DNA from: Bdellovibrionales bacterium
GTDB taxonomy: Bacteria; Bdellovibrionota; UBA1018; CAIMNF01
Direction of reading: 5' to 3'
Assembly (NCBI GenBank): GCA_040380025.1
Contig: JBEIJY010000019.1
Coordinates: 1 to 42,734 of the forward strand
Length of the DNA stretch: 42,734 bases
Under the pieces are notes generated by a model. The model ran no database searches, was not told the DNA's origin, and was given only the letters and a program-made list of their open reading frames with translations. Both the position numbers and the translations under genes were made by a program. The number at the start of each line of letters is the position of its first letter. Position 1 is the stretch's first letter. Below are positions 38,588-42,734 of the stretch, piece by piece.

Positions 38588-39378
38588 GTGAATCCCCCGG
38601 CGGCGACTTGGAGTGAGGTGCTGTCGAAGAATGCGGTCATTCGTGAAATGCGCTCGAGCCGCCCGAGAAGCTGCATCGCCCATTCGGAGGGAATGGACTC
38701 AAGAACCGCTCGATGAAGCGCGCTTCGGGCATCCAAAACGCCGATCAGATCGCGATTGATCGCCTCCCACTCGCTTCGGGGAGCAGACCAGTCCTCTCCG
38801 CGGATCGTGCGCGAATAGGTTTCGGCGCGGATCCGCGCCAGCAGAGCGGCATCAAGCCAGCCCAAATGCACCAGAACAAAAACCAAAAGTCCCGAGAGCA
38901 GAAGTCCGAGATCATGCCGGGCGACCGTCGTGTCTCGCCCGTGAATCAACTCATCCGGAGAAAGAGAGCCGCAAAGTTCATCGGTGAAGATCGCGGCACA
39001 GAACGGCGACATCTCGACCGAGCGGCCCCAGATCGGGGAAAGAACCTTCAGGACCTCGTCCGAAACCTCAAAAGGTGCCGGAGGAAATGCCTTCCAACTC
39101 CCGCCAATCAGGGAACGGACGAGCCTCGCCGAGGTCTGGAACCCCGATACCTCCGATACGGCTTTCGGAAGATAAAACATCTCGTAGCGCTCGAATGAAA
39201 ACAGCTCATCGGGCGTGAAGAAATCAAGGGGCGCCTTCACCGAGACGTACTTCTCATTCCGCTTCATGAACACGTACACGGGTCCGGGCATGAGCGCATA
39301 GGGCTTCACTGTCTTGATCCGGCATGAAAGCAGATCTTCTGCCGACTGGAGTTCGAATTTTTTCACCTCGAACAGCAT
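38581..39378 (-). CDS. Hypothetical protein (N-terminus reminiscent of domains found ahead of HD-GYP modules; no intact catalytic motif seen)
   Basis: Open 265-aa frame with AAGGGG upstream; PVYVFMKRNEKYVSVK motif; translationally coupled to the downstream gene. Confidence 0.6.
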   Translation of the reverse strand: MLFEVKKFELQSAEDLLSCRIKTVKPYALMPGPVYVFMKRNEKYVSVKAPLDFFTPDELFSFERYEMFYLPKAVSEVSGFQTSARLVRSLIGGSWKAFPPAPFEVSDEVLKVLSPIWGRSVEMSPFCAAIFTDELCGSLSPDELIHGRDTTVARHDLGLLLSGLLVFVLVHLGWLDAALLARIRAETYSRTIRGEDWSAPRSEWEAINRDLIGVLDARSALHRAVLESIPSEWAMQLLGRLERISRMTAFFDSTSLQVAAGGFTW

Positions 39379-39483
39379 TTTTGCCCCTTCCCGACTTCGT
39401 TTCGGAACAAACGGGAAATTCCATTACTTTTAAGGATTTTTCCGCCAGCACCCCTCCCGCTCCGGCCAAGAGCGTCAAGAACA

Positions 39484-39512
39484 TTGACCGGAACGGAGAA
39501 CCGTTCTAAAGT
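39484..39512 (+). promoter_or_regulatory. sigma70 promoter for the small basic ORF
   Basis: TTGACC(39484-89)-N17-TAAAGT(39507-12), followed by RBS GAAAGGA at 39522-28. Confidence 0.75.
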
Positions 39513-39534
39513 GTCAAAAACGAAAGGAATTTTT

Positions 39535-39639
39535 ATGGGCAAAGGCAGAAAAAGCAAAACACAAAAGATGAAAAACCGTAAAAATCAGGCCAAAAAGAAA
39601 GCCGCCGCGAAAAGAAAAATCACCGCGAAAAAAGCCTGA
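39535..39639 (+). CDS. Small highly basic protein, 34 aa (MGKGRKSKTQKMKNRKNQAKKKAAAKRKITAKKA)
   Basis: Read by hand (below the ORF track's length cut-off). Promoter, RBS 6 nt before ATG, TGA stop and intrinsic terminator are all present. 13 Lys + 3 Arg, no acidic residues. Confidence 0.8.
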   Translation: MGKGRKSKTQKMKNRKNQAKKKAAAKRKITAKKA

Positions 39640-39657
39640 TCCAGTCAATTCATTGAC

Positions 39658-39701
39658 AAAAAGCCCCCCTGAGAGGTTTCCCTCGCAGGGGGTTTTTATT
39701 T
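39658..39701. terminator. Bidirectional intrinsic terminator between the small ORF and the AlkD-like gene
   Basis: AAAAAG-CCCCCCTGAGAGG-TTTC-CCTCGCAGGGGG-TTTTTATTT; A tract on the left, T tract on the right. Confidence 0.85.
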
Positions 39702-39772
39702 GCAAACCGGCTTCCTTGATTGCGCTCGATTTCGGTTGCCCAAGCAGGTGCAATCAAGTTTGCCAGTTCGTT

Positions 39773-40489
39773 TTATTTGAACCCCGCCATCCGGGCCTTG
39801 CGCTCTTTTTTGCCCATCTTCTCGATTGCGTACCGGAGCATGGTTCTTGGCATTTCGGGGGTGTGCTGATCGAGGAACGCCCTCAGGACATCGAGATCGC
39901 GCTTTCCGATCTCCCGAAGCATCCACCCCGTCGATTTATGCATGAGGTCCTCGGGATCATTCAGGTACTTTTTGGCCAGCGCCAGGGTCTCCTGGAACCG
40001 CCCCTGACGGATGAAGTAAAAAGTGCTCAGAATCGCGATCCGGCGATCCCACAGGGATTTCGAGTCCGAGAGACCCAGAATCGTCTTTCGCTCGGATTTC
40101 CGGTCAAAAACATAGGGCCCGGGGATGTAAGGCGCTGAGAGATCGACCAAGTCCCAGTTGTTTACCCTGTGGCGGTTCCTCATGTAAAACCGGAACACCG
40201 ATTCCTCGAGCTTGTGATCGCCCTCTTTTCGCGCCCTCTCGAACCGTGGCCGCATAATCAGAAGGGCAAGGATCCGGTCCTCATGGAAAGGGGACTGAAG
40301 AAGAATCCGGAGCTCCCGGAACGGTAGATCCGGGAACATCCGCGCCACCCTGCGGTTTTCGGGAATTTTCACCCCGATGAAGCGGTCCCCGTGGCCGTAC
40401 TCACCCTTTTTGGTCTTGAAAAACCACTCGTTGATTTTTTTGTTCCCGGGAGTTGCGAACTTCCTGAGCTCTCTCTGTGCGTGGATCAT
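39773..40489 (-). CDS. DNA alkylation repair protein (AlkD-like HEAT-repeat glycosylase)
   Basis: FFKT..GEYG.GD.FIGV..P, HE.R..AL, VNNWDLVD.SA, LW.RRIAI.ST, DLMHK..GWMLRE.GK, MPRTMLRYAIEK. Confidence 0.92.
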   Translation of the reverse strand: MIHAQRELRKFATPGNKKINEWFFKTKKGEYGHGDRFIGVKIPENRRVARMFPDLPFRELRILLQSPFHEDRILALLIMRPRFERARKEGDHKLEESVFRFYMRNRHRVNNWDLVDLSAPYIPGPYVFDRKSERKTILGLSDSKSLWDRRIAILSTFYFIRQGRFQETLALAKKYLNDPEDLMHKSTGWMLREIGKRDLDVLRAFLDQHTPEMPRTMLRYAIEKMGKKERKARMAGFK

Positions 40490-40530
40490 GAGGCGATTCT
40501 CTCACGATCCACGCGCGGGAAAAATGAAGA

Positions 40531-42006
40531 TCACTTTCCCGTTCCCGGCTCTTTCGGCTTTCTCACATCCCGGAAGCTGAATTTCACCGCCTTATCATTG
40601 ACCATGAAGCTCAAATCCTTGTTCACCTGCACTGTTTTGGCGCGACTCACGCTTTGGAGCAACGAAGCCAAAGCATCATTCAATACCTTGTCGTGAAATG
40701 CCTCGAAATCATCGATTGCGCATTGAGCACAAGTTCCGTGCGCTTTCTTGAGACAATCGGTCAATCCCGATTCGGCCAAATGAAATGCGGTTTCGACGGA
40801 AGTATCGACCTCTTTCGAGCTCTTCCGGATCGCTTCCTCGATTGATTTTCGAGATGCTCTTTCCTGACTTGCAACTCCCCCGTCTCCAAAAGTGAGCATA
40901 TGGTACACTCTGGTGCTTGCGTTCAGGATATTCCCCAGCTGTGAACCGATTTTGTATTTGCCGGCATCGACTTTTTCAGCCTCCGCACGGATTTTTTCGA
41001 CCGCCCAAACCGTCGCAACATCCACCTCGGTGATGGCCAGTTTATCAGTCTTCGCTCTCATCTTCTCATCCGCACGATTTGCCGCGAGCAAGAGAAAGGC
41101 TGATGTGTGCCCGTTGAACAGGCGTCCCGCCAAAGGCGCCCCTCCTTGGGTGTACTTTCCGGTTTTGAACTTGCCGATCTCATCCCTCAGAATCGCGGCA
41201 TCATAGGGTTTCTGATGTTTTTCATACAGAGCCTTCAAATTCGCCTGGATCTCGGCATTTCCCTCATTGCTTTCCACTTCCTTGGCGAGTTTTCCGGCCT
41301 CCCCCCTCAAGGCATCCTCGATCGTGATGTCGGAGGCTTTTCCATCCCGCACCACCTTCAGAGCGACCTTGAGCGAAGTCAGATTGAAGAGTTTGTTCAA
41401 GATGTCGGAATCGTTCTGCAAGGTCGCGACAATTGCCTTCAACGCGTCGTCCTTGCATGTGGCCGCAGCTGTTTTTTCGGGAGTATTGCCGGGGCCCGAA
41501 GGTTCGGGGTCATTCGCCGGAGGGAATTGCGTGGGCGACGGGGTATCGTCGGCTTTCACAATTGGAGCTTCATTCGAAGCTTTTTCTGCTGCCTCATAAG
41601 CGATCCGGGCATTTTCGCTCTCCTTCTCCGCGATTTTCATCGAATCATGCAGTTCTTTCATCTTTTTCATGGCCGCTTCGCTCTCCTGAGCGGCTGTCGC
41701 AATCGCATCGTCCCCCTCGTCCCGATAAACCCCCTTGGTCAGGTGTTCGGATAGTTTCCGTTTTGCATCGGCTTCGGCTTCCCGAAAAACCCTCGCCGCT
41801 TCTTCTGCCGCTTTTTTCTTCTTTTCCCATGCGGCTTTCAATGCCTCTTGATCACCCGCTTGGGTTGACCCGGGGGTTACCGGAGGGGTTTGTGGCCCGG
41901 TTTGGGCCCGAACATGGGATCCTCCCGATAAACCAAACAATACGATCAGGGTTGCTCCCCTGATTTTCCAAATTGAACTGCTTCCTTTTTCTTGATTCAT
42001 CTTCAT
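40531..42006 (-). CDS. Secreted helical hypothetical protein (coiled coil, Pro-rich linker, Cys-containing C-terminal domain)
   Basis: Signal peptide ending VRA-Q, EK/AE-rich coiled coil, TPSPTQFPPANDPEPSGPG linker. Start is ATG 42006 or 42000. Confidence 0.7.
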   Translation of the reverse strand: MKMNQEKGSSSIWKIRGATLIVLFGLSGGSHVRAQTGPQTPPVTPGSTQAGDQEALKAAWEKKKKAAEEAARVFREAEADAKRKLSEHLTKGVYRDEGDDAIATAAQESEAAMKKMKELHDSMKIAEKESENARIAYEAAEKASNEAPIVKADDTPSPTQFPPANDPEPSGPGNTPEKTAAATCKDDALKAIVATLQNDSDILNKLFNLTSLKVALKVVRDGKASDITIEDALRGEAGKLAKEVESNEGNAEIQANLKALYEKHQKPYDAAILRDEIGKFKTGKYTQGGAPLAGRLFNGHTSAFLLLAANRADEKMRAKTDKLAITEVDVATVWAVEKIRAEAEKVDAGKYKIGSQLGNILNASTRVYHMLTFGDGGVASQERASRKSIEEAIRKSSKEVDTSVETAFHLAESGLTDCLKKAHGTCAQCAIDDFEAFHDKVLNDALASLLQSVSRAKTVQVNKDLSFMVNDKAVKFSFRDVRKPKEPGTGK

Positions 42007-42110
42007 CCTCGCCTTGAGTTCAGGTGACTCGGGAAAAACCCCGAGCTTCTTATTATCGACCAAACTCAAAAAAAAGATAAACAAAAATAATCAACAATAA
42101 TTTGACGCAA

Positions 42111-42467
42111 TCAGTCACGGTCTTGTTTTTGATACTTCAACACCTCCGGAAGACCGAGATCCGCTTTGATCTTGCCCCTGAACCATCGCCACAGCATGAA
42201 AAAGTCCCCGAAAAACGACCAAAGCGGGTACCGAAAAGTTGCGGGCCTGTTCCTTTCGAATCCGAAATGCCCGACCCACGCGAAGGCGTAGCCGGGAACA
42301 AAGGCCAGAGGCACCAATTCGAAGCGCTGTGAAACCAGAAAGGACCCGAGCAGGGCAAGCCCGATCAGGGTCCCAAGATAGTGAAGCCCACGGCAAACCG
42401 GGTGCAGGTGCTGGGAGAGATAAAAGGGCCAGAAATCCCGAAAGCCAGAAAACCTGTATTCGCTCAT
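42111..42467 (-). CDS. DUF962 / Mpo1-like membrane protein
   Basis: F..FWPFYL.QH..P.CR.LH..GT, GY.FAWVGHF.FE.NRPATF.YP.WS..GDF. Confidence 0.9.
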   Translation of the reverse strand: MSEYRFSGFRDFWPFYLSQHLHPVCRGLHYLGTLIGLALLGSFLVSQRFELVPLAFVPGYAFAWVGHFGFERNRPATFRYPLWSFFGDFFMLWRWFRGKIKADLGLPEVLKYQKQDRD

Positions 42468-42532
42468 GGGGTTGACTGTAGATGCGGAATGACCCGTATT
42501 GCAAGGGAGGGAGTCCAGAGGCCCGGGAATTG

Positions 42533-42573
42533 AAAACAAAAACCCCCTGGTTGATCGGATCAACCAAGGGGTT
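42533..42573 (-). terminator. rRNA operon intrinsic terminator
   Basis: Long hairpin AACCCC-TGGTTGATC-G-GATCAACCA-GGGGTT followed on the minus strand by TTTTTGTTTT, just downstream of the 5S gene. Confidence 0.85.
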
Positions 42574-42585
42574 AGAGTAAATAAA

Positions 42586-42703
42586 TGGGGGCATCGAGCT
42601 ATTTTGACACCGGGCTACCCCGGCACTATCGTCGCCGCGGGCGGGCTTAACTTCTGAGTTCGGAATGGAATCAGGTGGGACCCCGCCGCTATAGACACCC
42701 CCA
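42586..42703 (-). rRNA. rrf: 5S ribosomal RNA
   Basis: Minus strand TGGGGGTGTCTATAGCGGCGGGGTCCCACCTGATTCCATTCCGAACTCAGAAGTTAAGC...CGACGATAGTG...GATGCCCCCA; conserved CCGAAC loop and paired termini. Confidence 0.96.
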
Positions 42704-42734
42704 AGCTTTGTAAATGCTTATGGGATCGTTTAAC

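Noticed and set aside
39535..39639. Naming the small ORF as ribosomal protein bTHX or bS22
   Set aside because: Only the MGKG start and basic composition match; the family-specific residues are absent, so no symbol was assigned.
39514..39753. 79-aa Phe-rich minus-strand ORF
   Set aside because: It is the antisense reading of the Lys-rich small gene and its terminator. The promoter, RBS and terminator all support the plus strand.
40690..40760. CAQC as a c-type haem attachment site
   Set aside because: It is not followed by His (CAQCA), so it is not CXXCH.
42705..42734. 3' end of 23S rRNA
   Set aside because: The last 30 nt show no recognisable 23S terminal motif; treated as 23S-5S spacer.
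1..42734. Mobile elements, prophage or anti-phage defence system
   Set aside because: No transposase, integrase, phage structural, cas, restriction-modification or toxin motifs were recognised in any ORF.

Overview
Moderately GC-rich bacterial chromosomal segment. Gene content and style suggest Bdellovibrionota/Oligoflexia or a related former deltaproteobacterium (inference, not proven). It is mostly housekeeping: serA, an ABC-F ATPase, lon, clpP-clpX, speA-hppD-dusB, RNase P RNA, RNase HI, an aldehyde dehydrogenase, speB, an AlkD-type glycosylase, and the 5S rRNA/terminator end of an rRNA operon at the right edge. The central feature is a ~10 kb haem biosynthesis operon (hemA, hemC with a HemD-like extension, hemB, hemL, sensor kinase, OmpR-type regulator, hemE, hemN, hemY). 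Its order matches the Leptospira hem locus, and its promoter carries an exact TGACA-N6-TGACA direct repeat, the motif described for Leptospira HemR. Accessory-looking elements include a lower-GC pair of paralogous LRR proteins, a tandem pair of HEXXHXXGXXD metzincin lipoproteins, a matrixin-like lipoprotein, an orphan Xre/MbcA/ParS-type antitoxin-like gene and several secreted hypotheticals. Missed by the ORF track: a 34-codon, very basic ORF (39535-39639) with its own sigma70 promoter, RBS and terminator, and a Fur-box-like palindrome over the tonB promoter. A 2Fe-2S ferredoxin has Asp at its third cluster-ligand position. No CRISPR array, transposase or prophage gene was seen.
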